A DNA stretch of 63,226 bases, filler included, from Reclinomonas americana ATCC 50394 (GCA_048213135.1; 14 parts of 14 records of this genome joined end to end with filler, not necessarily neighbours in it); one strand, 5' to 3'; positions 26,801 through 39,300 are shown, counted from the first letter of the whole stretch. Notes: generated by a model not told the origin, from the sequence alone. Made by a program: numbers and translations.

Positions 26801-28260
26801 GAAGGGATAAGGGGAAGGGATAAGGGGAAGGGATAAGGGGAAGGGATAAGGGGAAGGGAGAAGGGGAAGGGATAAGGGGAAGGGATAAGGGGAAGGGAGA
26901 AGGGGAAGGGAGAAGGGGAAGGGAGAAGGGGAAGGGAGAAGGGGAAGGGAGAAGGGGAAGGGAGAAGGGGAAGATGAGTGATTGTGTTGCTTCTTCTTGA
27001 GTCCCTTCTGTATTTTGATATTGCATTCTGCGTCTTCTGCTCATTTGCTGCCTGTTTTCTTTTCCTCGTCTGATCTTCGTCTCTTTCTCGTGTCAGTCGA
27101 CAACTTTACTGTCTCTGTGTTTGACTCTCACTCTCATTCTTTCTTTGCCTCTGCTTCTGCTGTTGCTCTTTTTCTCGTCTCCTCATGCGATGTCTTCATT
27201 CGAAGTCTTTGCATCTGCCGCTAACACTATATCTGGCTTCATGTCTTATTCCTTGTCTGTGCTTTCTCCTCTTTTCCTGTCACTCTACGTCTCTTGCTGA
27301 GCGTCTCTCTGTCTATGAATCGTTTTCTGATACTTTGCAATGCGAAGAAGAGAGAAGCATTACGGAGAAGAGAGCACGAGGAAGAGCAATAAGAAATGAA
27401 AAGAGCGGTGTGGAAGAAGTGGACAGCGAGAAATAAGTGAGCAGCAACAAAGAGAAGAGCGAAAGAATTAGAGTACAATTAGAAAGAGAAGAGCATTGAA
27501 GAAGAGGAAAGACAAGAGTGAATGGGAAGAAGAATTGTAGGAATGAGAGACCACTGACGAAGAGCACAGAAATCGTCGGTTCTGAGTATGAACCTTGATT
27601 CTGGTATTGAGTAGATGACGAGTAGAGACCAAACGAATATTCCTTGCTTTTTCGTTTGTTGCTGTGGCACGCCAGAGAGCCTATCTGAGAAAAGAGGACT
27701 AATAATATTACATGCGTCTCTTCTTTCCCTTGCCCTCTCCCTGTCCCTCTTTCCTCGCTTCCCCTTGCCTCTCCCTCTCCCTCATTTCTCCCTTTTCCTC
27801 ATTTCTCCCTGTCCCTCTTTCCTCCCCTCCCCCTCCCCCACACCTTCTCATCCACCGTGGCGGTCTCATTGTTGATCTGCCGAATGTACGGGTTGGCGGC
27901 TACCACCTTTTGCACGAAATTGTCCACATCGCACACGCGATTGCTGTGCACGTCGAGGAACTCGAGGCGCGGGCAGTTGCGCGCAAAGACGGCGCACTTG
28001 TCGACCGACTTGATGCGATTGTCGGAGAGGTTGGCGTAGCGCAGTTGGGGGAGTTGGATGGCGTCGACCTCGCTGAGTCCCACGTTGCGCACGATGAGCA
28101 CCTCGAGGAGGGTGTACATGTTGAGGCGGTTGATAAAGTCGCGCTGGGTGTGGTCTCGGGAGAACATGAAATGGTCCATGTAGACGTAGCGGATGGTGGT
28201 GGGGGTGGTGCATTGGAAGAAGAGGTCGGGGTTGTTTTCGATGCGTTCGTTGCGGCGGTA
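17806..28260 (-). CDS. Very large SDS22-like LRR protein with repeated LRR + LRR-cap modules, entering a transmembrane region at the contig end
   Basis: About 17 exons with LRRs (LRYANLSDNRI, LQRLDLSHNRI, LETLLLRGNKL, LELLDLSFNRI) and repeated cap motifs (YRVRLLESLPQL...IDEEDITLDE; FRLLLISQLPTLLELDGEMIDDEE). Last exon ends ...GEIFIGFFQ. Confidence 0.85.
21700..21915. repeat. 30-nt intronic minisatellite ACTCATCCTTTCCCTCCATCCCCCCTCTCT
   Basis: About 6 near-perfect copies. Confidence 0.9.
22880..23640. repeat. 9-nt intronic satellite GGAGAGAGT/GGAGAGGGT
   Basis: Dozens of degenerate copies in the intron 22804-24009. Confidence 0.9.
25200..25745. repeat. ~110-nt degenerate intronic tandem repeat
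   Basis: Recurrent CCGC...TGGG.TGAGATAACAC...GAGAGCACG...GAAAAGAACGCAC units, about 5 copies. Confidence 0.75.
26535..26617 (-). other. U12-type (minor spliceosome) AT-AC intron, 83 nt
   Basis: Sense strand reads TCA G|ATATCCTTTTTT...CCCCTTAAC-TCCCTCCCGTTAC|GC ATG: canonical ATATCCTT donor, CCTTAAC branch site about 13 nt from the end, AC acceptor. Removal joins FLQAS-G-MVVWRPEL in frame. Confidence 0.93.
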
Positions 28261-28521
28261 CTGCGCGGGAGGGGAAGGGTGGAAGGAGGGGAAGGGTGAG
28301 GGGAAGGGTGGAAGGGAGGAATGGAGGAAGGGAAGACGGGTGGACGGGAGGATGGGAGGATGGGAGAGGGAGGATGGGGAGAGGGAGGATGGGAGAGGGA
28401 GGATGGGAGAGGGAGGATGGGAGAGAGGGAGGAAGAGATAGAGGAAGAGATAGAGGAAGAGATAGAGGAAGAGATAGAGGAAGAGAGAGAGAGAGGAGTG
28501 GGAGGTAAAGAGAGGAAGAGA

Positions 28522-28616
<95 letters not shown>

Positions 28617-29287
28617 NNNNNNNNNNNNNNNNNNNNNNNNNNNNNNNNNNNNNNNNNNNNTTAATTAATTAANNNNNNNNNNNNNNNNNNNNNNNNNNNN
28701 NNNNNNNNNNNNNNNNGACGACGTGACGAGAGACGAGAGAGGAGAGGAGAGGAGAGGAGAAAAGAGGAGAGGAGATGAGACGGGATGAGACGGGAGGAGA
28801 AGAGAGGGGAAGAGATGGGAAAAGAGATGAAAAGAGATGAGAAGATGGGAGAAGAGAGAGAGAGAGATGAGAAGAGAGGAGAAGAGAGGAGAAGAGAGGA
28901 AAAGAGATGAGAAGAGATGAGAAGAGATGAGAAGATACGAGAAGATGGGAGAAGATGGGAGAAGATGGGAGAAAAGAGAGAGATGAGAAGAGAGGAGAAG
29001 AAAAAGAGAAAAGAGAAAAAGAGAAAGGAGAAGAAGAGGAAACAAGAGGAAATAAAAGACGAGAAAAGAGAATAGAAGAGTGGTGAAGTGAAGAGGAAAG
29101 GGATGAAATAAGAAGAGAAGGCAAGGAGAGACGAGAAGAGAAGAGATGCGGCGAAAGAAGGAAACAAGAGAGCAGATGAGAGGGATAATCGGAAAAGCTG
29201 GAAGGTCAACAGAGAACGCAAAAACATCTCGTCACTCGCAACAGAGAGATTAGGATAAAAGGAAAGAAGCACAATCGTCGGCGCAAC

Positions 29288-30463
29288 TCTTGAAGCAGCA
29301 GCAGCAGAAGCAGCAGCCGTTGCCGCCACCGCCGCCGCCGAAGCAGCCTGCGTATCATGGTGACTGGCGCGACGACGCTGAGCTAGCTCAATCATCTCCT
29401 GCGCCAGCGCGTCAACGTCGACTGTGTTGGGCGCGGATGCCGCCGCAGGTGCTGCAGATGGCGCACGGTGGATGTGTCGTGCGAATTCACCGTCGCCGTG
29501 TGGCGACAGCGGTGCCATGCGCGGTCGGACGGCTTGGATTTCCGGTGCGCTGGGACGGCGCGCTTGCGGTGGCTGCAAGGGAGTGAGATCACGGTGGACG
29601 AGAGGGTGTATAGCACGCACGCAACAGCAGGCATGGGCGCGGCATCTTCATCGGCGTGGGCGTGGGTCGGGGACAGGTCGGTGTGTGAGTGGTGTCGTCG
29701 GAGAGTGCCGACGTTGGTGGCGACAATAAATGGTCCGTCGGCGGCCTGTGGAGGGCAAAAGAGATGGTGGGTATGTGAATTGAGTGTTGGGGAGAAGGGG
29801 AAGTGATGACGAACTGCGCTGGGGACGTCGGGGAGTCGAGGAACGACGTGTGTTCGGCGGGTGGGGTCGTCTGCAAGTGGGAAGGGAAGGTGAGAGAGGG
29901 ATGGCAAGGAAGACAGCGCTGTTGGAGAAAACGCAACAGGAGACCACTTGCACGGAGCCGAGTGGTCGTGGGGCTGGTCGAGTGGTCCACTCGACGCCCT
30001 CTCCAGCGCTCTGAGATGACGTGGAACGTGGGAATGCGGCAAAGAGGGACAACGAGGAAAGCAAGAGGAAGGGAAGGCGAGAGGAGGCTCGTTCGCTCTC
30101 TCATTCACTGCTCTTCTCCCTCGCTGCTCGTCTCACTCGCTCACTGCTCTTCTCACTCGCTTGCTGCTCGTCTCACTCGCTCACTGCTCGTCTCACTCGC
30201 TGCTCGTCTCGCTCGCTCACTGCTCGTCTCACTCGCTCACTGCTCGTCTCCCTTGCTCACTGCTCGTCTCCCTCACTCACTGCTCGTCTCACTCGCTCAC
30301 TTCTTGTCTCCCTCGCTCACTACTCGCCTCCCTCGCTTGCTGATCGTCTCCCTCGGTTGCTGCTCGTCTCCCTCGCTTGCTGATCGTCTCACTCGCTCAC
30401 TCCTCGTCTTACTTGCTCACTCCTTGTCTCCCTCACTCACTGCTCGTCTCCCTCGCTCACTCC

Positions 30464-30497
<34 letters not shown>

Positions 30498-30673
30498 GCC
30501 GCTTCACACACCTCATTGCTCCTCCTCCCATCCTTCTCATCATCATCATCGTCATCATCGCTGGCGGGGAGGTCGACGGTGGTGGTGTCCTCTGCAGCAA
30601 TTCGAGGGTGAGTCTGTGTGCGAGTGGAACGGAGAGGGAGAGAGTGTGTGCAGCACAGACCATCGCGTGGCAT
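29288..30673 (-). CDS. Low-complexity hypothetical protein N-terminus (MPRDEDTTTVDLPASDDD...); may be the 5' part of the large LRR gene
   Basis: Six short exons can be joined in frame through GT-AG introns, and the gene runs into an intron at the linker. Linkage to the LRR gene is inferred only from strand and order. Confidence 0.55.
30105..30465. repeat. 20-nt minisatellite CTCGCTCACTGCTCGTCTCC (reverse complement of the 8670-9635 unit)
   Basis: About 17 degenerate copies inside an intron. Confidence 0.9.
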
Positions 30674-30905
30674 GATGATTGGAGAAGAAAATCGAACGTT
30701 ACAAAGAAACCGGACAGAAAAGATTTGTGTGGGACGGAGGAGAAAAGGCAAGCACGGATGAAGGAGAGAGAAGAGCGTGTGTGTGAGATAGCGAGTGAGT
30801 GAGTAAGGAAGAGACTAGTGAGGCACGTTCTTGTCTGGTTTGCGTGAATGTCGCGAAGTTGCATCTCCGCAGGACAACAGAGTTAATCCGTGTGTGTGAC
30901 AGAAG

Positions 30906-31486
30906 ATGGGAGACCGCGCGGGTGCACTGGACGACGCCATTCGATGCCCCATCTGCTATGAGTCATTCGACACTGGCGAACGGAGGCCGATGGTGGTGCC
31001 GTGTGGCAACGGCCACGCCATGTTCGTCACCGCGTGTTGTCCACTCTGCACGCCCTTGCCAGCCGCCATTCATTCCCTCTCGCACAGTTGCCTCGCCTGT
31101 GTGCAAGTGTATCGCGCGCAAGAGTGTCCGGTTTGCCGAGGTGCATATCGCCCTCGCGCTCTTCCGGCCGGCACCATCGCACCTCCTCATTATCCGTACG
31201 AGGAGGACATTCATTTGCGCGCTGTGTTGGACGTCCTTCCGCGTGGTGAGGAGCAGCAGCAGCAGCAGCAACAACCACAACAGCCACAACAGATCTTTGA
31301 GGTGCCATTCACCGAGCTGACAATAATCAACGAAATTGGTCGTGGTGCCAGCGCCGTGGTGTATCGCGTGCAGTGGCAGCTCTCCGATGCGTTTGCGCTC
31401 AAGGTCTTCCGCTGTGCGAATGTGGCGGAGCGGCAGGTGGTGTTGGCGACGGTGCGGAAGGAGGCCGCGGTGGCCATGCATGTGCG
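30906..31486 (+). CDS. RING finger + polyQ + protein kinase (TKL-like) N-terminal part; truncated by the linker
   Basis: CPICYESF...PMVVPCGNGHAICLAC...CPVCR after removing the in-frame intron 31022-31087. Then EVPFTELTIINEIGRGASAVVYRVQW...FALK...EAAVAMHVR (kinase subdomains I-III). Confidence 0.88.
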
Positions 31487-32065
31487 GTGAGTGTGATGCT
31501 GTCCGCCATATTGTTGTCAGGTTTACTCTCTTCTCCCCCCGCACGTGCATTCTCGAGTTGTCAATCGTTCTCTTTGCGTCTATCTCACTCTCTTCTCTAT
31601 CCCTTCCTTTCGTCTGCCTGAATGTGTCGCGCTGAGTTCATTCATTCTTCTGCCTGCCACTCTCTCTCTGTCTCCCTCCTTTCTCTTCCTCTTCCTCTTC
31701 CTCTTCCTCTTCCTCTTCCTCTTCCTCTTCCTATTCCTCTTCCTATTCCTTTCCTCTCCTCTCCTCTCTTCTCTTCTCTCCAACTCTCTTCCCCTCTCTT
31801 CCCCTCTCTTCTCCTCTCTTCTTCTCTCTTCTCCTCTCTTCTCCTCTCTTCTCCTCTCCTCTCTTCTCTTCTCTTCCTGTTTCTTCTCCTCTCCTCTCCT
31901 GTCCTCTCCTCTCCTCTCTTCCTGTTTCTTCTCCTCTCTTCCTGTTTCTTCTCCTCTCCTCTCCTNNNNNNNNNNNNNNNNNNNNNNNNNNNNNNNNNNN
32001 NNNNNNNNNTTAATTAATTAANNNNNNNNNNNNNNNNNNNNNNNNNNNNNNNNNNNNNNNNNNNN

Positions 32066-34636
32066 CGGGATGTCTACGTGGCCAAAGAGCACAGCAAACT
32101 CATAGGCCTCCGCCGACGGGAACTGATCGCGACGTAGTCGCAGGCTCATCTGTTGCGCCGTCTGCGCAAGTGATTCTAGGCGACGAGCAGCCTCCTGTTC
32201 CTGTTCCAGTTTCGCGCGACGCATGGCTCGAAATTCGTCTGCCACTCTGGACACCGCCGCATGAAGGTGCGGATCAGCCGGTACCTGCGTCACATCAGTG
32301 CCGGCGGCGGTAGTTCGCACAATGTCACCATCAGCGGCATCTCCGGGCTGCGCATCCGCCGCCACCAATGGCGCCGCCGGTACCGGCACTCGATTGTCCT
32401 CATCGGCCTCCTTTGCCATGTCACCGCTCTGTGACTCCGCTACGTCGAGTCCTTCCTCGCCTTCCTCCATTTTGGTGGCCAGTACTCGGTTATGTCGATG
32501 CTGTTACGTCGTCGGCAACCAGCGTGAGTAAGGGATGCGCAGACAGAAACTAGTCAACAGTGCGTGTGCGTGCATGTGTGATGTCAACGAAACTGCGGTG
32601 CCAGGTGGCGAGACACGAAGCAGAGAGGCGGCGGAGACGCCAGCCGAGCTTTCCGAGCGGTGCGTTGCCCAGTCCTCAGTGTTGACGGTGTTCTCGCCGG
32701 CGTGTACGAGACGGCGCACAGGGCCACCTCCACTACCAGCAGTGAGTACCTTGCGGCCGGTGACACGCTTTCCGCCCCTGCTGTTATCGGTGGCACCAGT
32801 CGGACCAGCCAACATTTCCTCCTCCTCCTCCTCTTCTTCATCATCGTCGTCGTCGTCGTCGCTGTCGGAACCGTTGCGCTGTGGGGCTGTTTGCGGTCGA
32901 TCGGCAGCAGAGGCCTGGAGAATGTGGGCTGCAGACTGGCGATTCAGCGCTCCAGCTGGAAATCGATGCCCCCTGCCAACCAACACACATGCTACTTGTG
33001 AGCAGGCACAGGCACACAGTGGCAAAGTGGAGGACGCCCAACCTCCAGTTGCCAGCCGAGCGCACATCCCTTCGCTTTCCTAGGGTCGTCGCGGGTGCGG
33101 GTGGCAGCAGGCCCTCCTGGTGCGGAGACGTGCGTGAAAAGCCGACCAATTCTGCAGGTGTGACAGCCGCGCGGATGGCACCCATCTGCGAGACGCACAC
33201 CACTCGTGTGAGTGCTCTTCTGTCCCCCCCCCCTTTGACCGATTCCCGCAAACCAAATTACCCGCACCACGGCAGTGGAACAAGGTTGCCATTTGTTGTC
33301 GACACGTGGTGTGACCGCGTTGCGCTCGGGGGCACGAAGCGACAACAGCGTGTGCATGTGTTCGAGATCCGAGCGAATCTGGCGCAGTTTCCACGACAAT
33401 CTGCAAGAGTGGTAGCGGTCGGTCTCAGTGCCTCGTCCCTCCACAGCCACGGGAATCAAACCTCTCATGATCCTTTTCTCTCCACCCATGCAGCACGGCA
33501 TGACGCGCGTGGTGTCTGGCCACCAGCGCGTCACGTTCACGCCGACACTGATTGAGATACGTCCGCACGGCCACAAACGAGGCCAGCACGTGCTCTATGT
33601 GCAGCTCCTACACGACGCATGTCTCATCAGCGCACATACAGAAAACACGTACGCATACACGCGTGTGCGCTCACCAGCTCGTCATGATACTGCTGGTCTT
33701 CGTCTGCAATCGCCGGCAGTGTGATCACCGGCAAGGCACCAACATCGGTCGGCACTCGATCCAGGTAGCTGACCACATCAAGCACGCCCGCACGGTGTTT
33801 TTGCTGCGTCACGGTCACCCCGCAGAAAAGCAGTTGAGCACACAGCAACAAGACATTCAGAGTGCGACAAGAAGAAACGCGCACCTTGAGCACGCTCAGC
33901 GCGGTACCATCGGATCGCTGGCACACCTCCATCATCTGATCCCACAGGGCGTTGAGGTCGTCAACCAGCGACCTGGCAAACAGGTCCAAGTATTCGTGCT
34001 GCGGCAAGAGATTGTGAAAATCTCCACCACCAAACGAGCAACGACGACCATGACACAACAACTGACGCAACATTGTGACGCGCCTTGCGCTGCAGTTGTT
34101 TGCGCTCTCGTGCCAACGCGCGGCGTGTCTCACCCGTGGTCGACTCGACTTGATCGTGCACACGCTGCGCCTCTTGCAGCGCCTCGCGGAACAATCCCTC
34201 CACTGGTGTACTGTTGGGTGCACGTGTGTGTGTGTGTGTGTGTGTGTCAGTCCAAGCGCACGCTCTCTCCTCCCTCCCACTCTCTTGACCAATACACAAA
34301 CACACACGCACGCATATATACGAAAGGAGTGCAAAAATCACAACGAGAGCGAGCGTGCGGCCATGTCGTGTCACACACAGAGACACTCAACATCTTCTCA
34401 TCGAGTCGAGCCACCAACGACACTTCATCCTCTGTGAAGGTGACGCCGGTGGGGACACTCGCTGTGTGCTGCTCACGGGTGGGGAGCGCAGGTGCCGAGC
34501 CGCTCTTGCGCAGCGATCCGTGTCGCAAGCTGCTGCCACTCTTCTTGCGGTGGTGGTGAGGTGGTGGCGGGGTCGGCGGTCCCACCTGATGGGGGTCGTC
34601 GACGGGGCTGCCGGGCGTCGACACCAGCGCTGCCAT
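32066..34636 (-). CDS. Hypothetical multi-exon coiled-coil/low-complexity protein; 3' truncated
   Basis: Coding-like exons (TPVEGLFREALQEAQRVHDQ..., HEYLDLFARSLVDDLNALWDQMME..., RVADEFRAMRRAKLEQEQEAARRL) with GT-AG boundaries. No family recognised. Confidence 0.6.
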
Positions 34637-34829
34637 CTGTGTTTGTTGTGTGCGACGTCCGAGATCCGTTTCATCGATTGATGTCTGATATCTTCATTCA
34701 TTCACCAACAAACAAGCAACAGCTGTCTTGATGACTAAGTTCAACCGTATCCAAAGGTTCTTCATCACAGGAGTACCACTATTGCTGCTCGTATATTTGG
34801 GCTTCACCACATATACAGGCTCTCACTCT

Positions 34830-35800
34830 TTAAAGCTCATCTCGTGACGGCATGTCGTCGTCGTCGCCGCCGCCACTGGGTGGAGCGCCGCCGCTCTCCT
34901 TGTAGATGCGCGTCACAATCGGGTTGACAATCGCCTCGGCCTCCTTGCGCTTGTCGTCGAACGACTCCTTGTCGGCGTCGCCGTGCTCCTCCAGCCACTC
35001 CAGCAGGTCCTTGTGGACCTCCGTGATCTTCTCCTCCTCGTCGTCCGACAGCTTGCCCTTCAGCTGCTTCTCGTCGTCGAGCATGTTGCGGAGGTTGTAG
35101 GCGTAGGTCTCGAGGGCGTTGCGGGCGTCAATGCGCTCCTTCAGCTTGCGATCCTCGTCGGCAAACTCCTCGGCCTCCTCCACCATGCGCTCAATCTCCT
35201 CCGCCGACAAGCGACCCTTGTCGTTGGTGATGGTGATGCGCTCCTCGTTGCCGCTGGCCTTGTCCAGCGCCGACACCTGCATGATACCGTTGGCGTCGAC
35301 CTGGAAAGTGACCTCAATCTGCGGAGTGCCACGCGGCGCCGGCGGGATGTCGTTGAGGTCGAACTGGCCCAGCAAGTGGTTGTCCTTGGTCATGGCACGC
35401 TCGCCCTCGTACACCTTGATGGTCACCGAGGTCTGGTTGTCCTGGTAGGTGGTGAACACTGTGTTGCGAGGGNNNNNNNNNNNNNNNNNNNNNNNNNNNN
35501 NNNNNNNNNNNNNNNNTTAATTAATTAANNNNNNNNNNNNNNNNNNNNNNNNNNNNNNNNNNNNNNNNNNNNCTTGATGCGAAAATGTATGACGCAATGC
35601 AAACACACAAACACATGCCATATGCACCAAGCAACTCACCCGTTGATCTTGTTCTCCTTCTTCTCCTCCTTCTCCTCGCCGCCCTTCTTCTTCTTGTCGT
35701 CCTTCTTGGTCTTGGCGGCAAAGGCCAACTCCGACACCAGGAGCAGCGCAATTACCAAAAACACCAGCGCGCACACGCGAGCGTGCTTTGAGAACACCAT
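34830..35800 (-). CDS. BiP: ER HSP70 chaperone BiP/GRP78; ATPase domain hidden in the gap
   Basis: Signal-peptide exon 35640-35800 ([21 protein letters not shown]...). C-terminal exon has [21 protein letters not shown]...[15 protein letters not shown]...[11 protein letters not shown] and ends RDEL. Confidence 0.96.
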
Positions 35801-36335
35801 GTCTGTGTGTGCGTGTGTCAACACAAGTCAGCAAAAGCACAGCAACGAGAAAGAGAAGAAAGAGAGAGCAAGTCGGAATTGCGTCAGCAGCAATGTTCCA
35901 CGTAAAAGAAAAAAAAGAGAAACACACGCACACAAAGAAAGGAGGCAAGACGCAAGAGTGCAGAGAAGAGAGAGGGAGAGAGAGTCGGCAAAGAGAGAGA
36001 GAGAGAGCGAGAGACAAGTCGGCGCCTAACCTCTTCTCCGACTTGGGCTGAAAAAAAGTTGTGAGTCCGTGAATTTTCCCCGATCGCTTTTGTGGACCGA
36101 ATGTCCAAAAATCTGAGGTGCGACGTGGCACGGTGACACGCGTACAGCCCCCGCGAGGTGCCACGTGGGGGTCTGTCACGTGGCAATCGGAACATTCCTC
36201 GACTTGTCCTCGGATTCGATGATCTCTTCTTTGTTTTTTGTTTTTTGTTGTTGTGTTTTTTTATTATCGAATGCAGACGCCCTCTTCCCTTCCTCCTCTC
36301 TCTCACGCCGCCCGAGACAAGTCGACGAGTTTCCG

Positions 36336-39300
36336 TTACAGAGGCACGTTCAACAATTCGTCGGCACGGTCGATCAGCAACTGGAACGCGGCGTTGCAGT
36401 CGGTGATATTCTGGAGGAGAAGTATTTTATGAGTACATCGCAGTTACCGATTCTGAACACCGTACGAACCCGCATCGCCACCAGTGGATTCTCGTCGCGC
36501 GACTTGAGGCACGTTGGCGAAAAGACGGTGGCCAGCGAGAGCGATCGCATCAGGTTCTTGTCGGCGTGCCGCAGAATCTCGCGCATCAGCGCCACCAGCC
36601 GCCGCAGCAGCGCCAGATTCGCACGCGGCAGCGCCAGCAGGGCACGGCGCACAATCGGGAGCGCTTCGGGGGCCTTGTCGCGTCCGATTCGTGCTGCGCG
36701 ATAGCGAGTTTTGATATTGGTGACGCGCCGCATCAACAGCACATTCTCCCTAATACTCACCACCAGCATCTACAAACGTATCGTACAGCTCATACGTGAG
36801 CAGTGGCTCCGGGAGGTCACGAAGGTACAACTTGAGCAGCGAGCACACACTCGACGTCTCCAAGTCCTCCACAGCCACATTGTAGCCTGCGCTTGCTCGG
36901 TCAGACGAGGAAGAGGAGGAAGAGCAGCACATACGCGCAGAGAAACGCACCAGCCTCGATTTGTGCCTTGACTCGCTGCAACACGGCACCGGCACCGGGC
37001 ACACGGAACACGCCCTCCTCGGACGCGCCTGTGTGTCACATGAACAGTGAGACCGCCGCGCGGTGACAACAAGCTGTGTGGTGCATGCGAACCGTGCGAA
37101 TGAATGGCGTTGATGCAACGAACAAGAACCAGCGGCACACCGTCCTCGTCCTTGGGCACTGCACGCGGAAAACACACAGCGAGTGAGCATAGAAAGAGAG
37201 AGAGACACACACACGCACAAGCAAGCAAGAGCAGCAAGCGGCAGACGCAACAGCTGCAGTCACCCAAGCTGGCACCGAAAAACCTGACTGGAGGCACTGC
37301 GGCAAGAGCACAAGAGTGAATTGATGACAGGGGTTGGATGACTGTCGCTTCACAGGGAGGGCGGTGGACGCACTCTCGTCGGAACGTGTTTGCGTCTCGT
37401 CCCACCTGCGCATTGTTGGTCAGTCACCACTCGGAATTCAGAGGGCCGCAAGTCGACGCAACAATATCACTTCGGTCGGCAGCGGAATGTTGTCCTTGCC
37501 TACTTGCTCGTAGAGGGCGGTCACCGAATCTAGGTAGTGGATCTTGCGGTAAAACTTGGACGAGATGAACAGGCGAGCCAGTCGGAACACCGTCTTTTGC
37601 CAAAATGACGGGTGCAACAAGTACAGGGCCTTCAGATTCTTCTTGTACCTGCAGCACGACACCACATCAGCGCGCCATGGCCACTCAATTCACAACACAC
37701 ACGTGGCACGCAACTGTCGGCCAAAAACACGGTACATGCGTTTGATCCACGAAAACGGAGGTCGGTTTGACGCCGTCATGTTTGCCTGCGCGTAGCGCAC
37801 AGAAGCGTCGTCAGAATAAGCGTGGCCCCCTCGCCCACGCAGACGACCCGAGTGCGCAACTTGACAGGATACCACAACATACGGCTGCTGTACAACATCA
37901 TGCATCTTGAGGATGAGGTAGCGAATGAAGCTCTCGAGTCGATCGCGGTTCGGGAAGCGCTCCATGACCATGGTGACGATTCGTCGACCCTCGCGATCCG
38001 TCCCTGCGGCCCCCACACATGAGTACAAAGAAACTAACAGAGGAAAATAGAATACGCCCACACCTGGGAAGCTGAGAATGCGGTCGCGTTCAAAGTCCGA
38101 AAAGTCTTCTGCCTGCGCCTGCGCATACAAGGCATCGTACGACTGCTCCACGCCTGCAAGCAGCACGAATCGTGTCGGTCACGAGGAAAGCACACCCGAC
38201 ATGCAACAAAACAGACCAGTGTCGTCCATTCGGTGCTCCTCGGCCTCGTCCAGCGCGGCAATCTGGGCATCTGTGTGCACACACAACAACACGACCAGTG
38301 AGGACACGGCACGACATCCTTCTCTTTCTTTTTTGCATGGCACGTAACCGCGCAGTGGTTCGCCGACGGGGTGATCGGCAGCCTCGCGGTCCAATCGCAC
38401 TCGCAGCTCCTGCAACTTGGCTATCCGCACCGTCAGCGCCTTGTAGTACTCGGACACATCTTCGCCTGGGTACCGCTGCTCAAAGAACTCGGACAGCAAC
38501 TGTGCCGCCACGCAGAGACAGTAGGTGAGTACAAGCACAAGAGAGGGCGGTCATGCGCCACTGACCTTCGTGTACTTGGACACAATAACATGCAGTGCTG
38601 TGGCCATTTCCACATCGTCGTCGTCCATGTCAGCCATGTCTGCACAGAGCAACACAGAGAGAGGCGCAACGTGTGAGAGACGATTCATGCGGCGATCCGG
38701 CACTGCCAACGCACCCAGTCCGGTGCGTTCGGGAGGGCGACACAAGCCCACAAGGTACGCCGTCATCGGCTGCTGATTGCGTTCCAGGAACGGCGCCATG
38801 CACTGCATGTACGCTTCCTTGGAGCCGAAATCTGCTTGATTCGAGACATTCTGCGAGTAGCGACAAGTTAGCAGCAGCCCACAATTACAACAAGACAGTG
38901 CAAAAAACGAAACCTGCAACACTTTCGAAATGAGAATCAGCTTGCGTCGCTGCTGTGGGTCGAGTGTAATGTCGATGATGCCACGATGGTCGGCCACCGC
39001 AATAGCCGGATTGAGGTATCGCAGAATCACCAGGCCACCGACCAACGGCAGTGGATCCACGCCCATCCTTCGCGACGTCTCGCTAATGTGGAAGGCGGCA
39101 TTCCTGCAACACGAGAGAACGGGAGAGCACGTCACCAGCAAGTTCAACGAGGACATGAGCGACACAGCCACGCACTTGACTTCAAACGGCAACAGATCCG
39201 CGGCATGCTCGTTGATGAACGAGTCCAACAGCTCCTGCGACGCCGCCGCCAACCGCTGTGCATTCTCCTGCGTCAGAGCCTCCTTCTCCGCGTCGCTCAG

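Noticed and set aside
37864..37872. GTATCCTG on the minus strand as a U12 GT-AG donor
   Set aside because: Using the downstream CAA|GTTGCG donor (37860) gives YVVVSCQANMTASNRP, which matches BCH-domain spacing. No CCTTAAC branch site is present.
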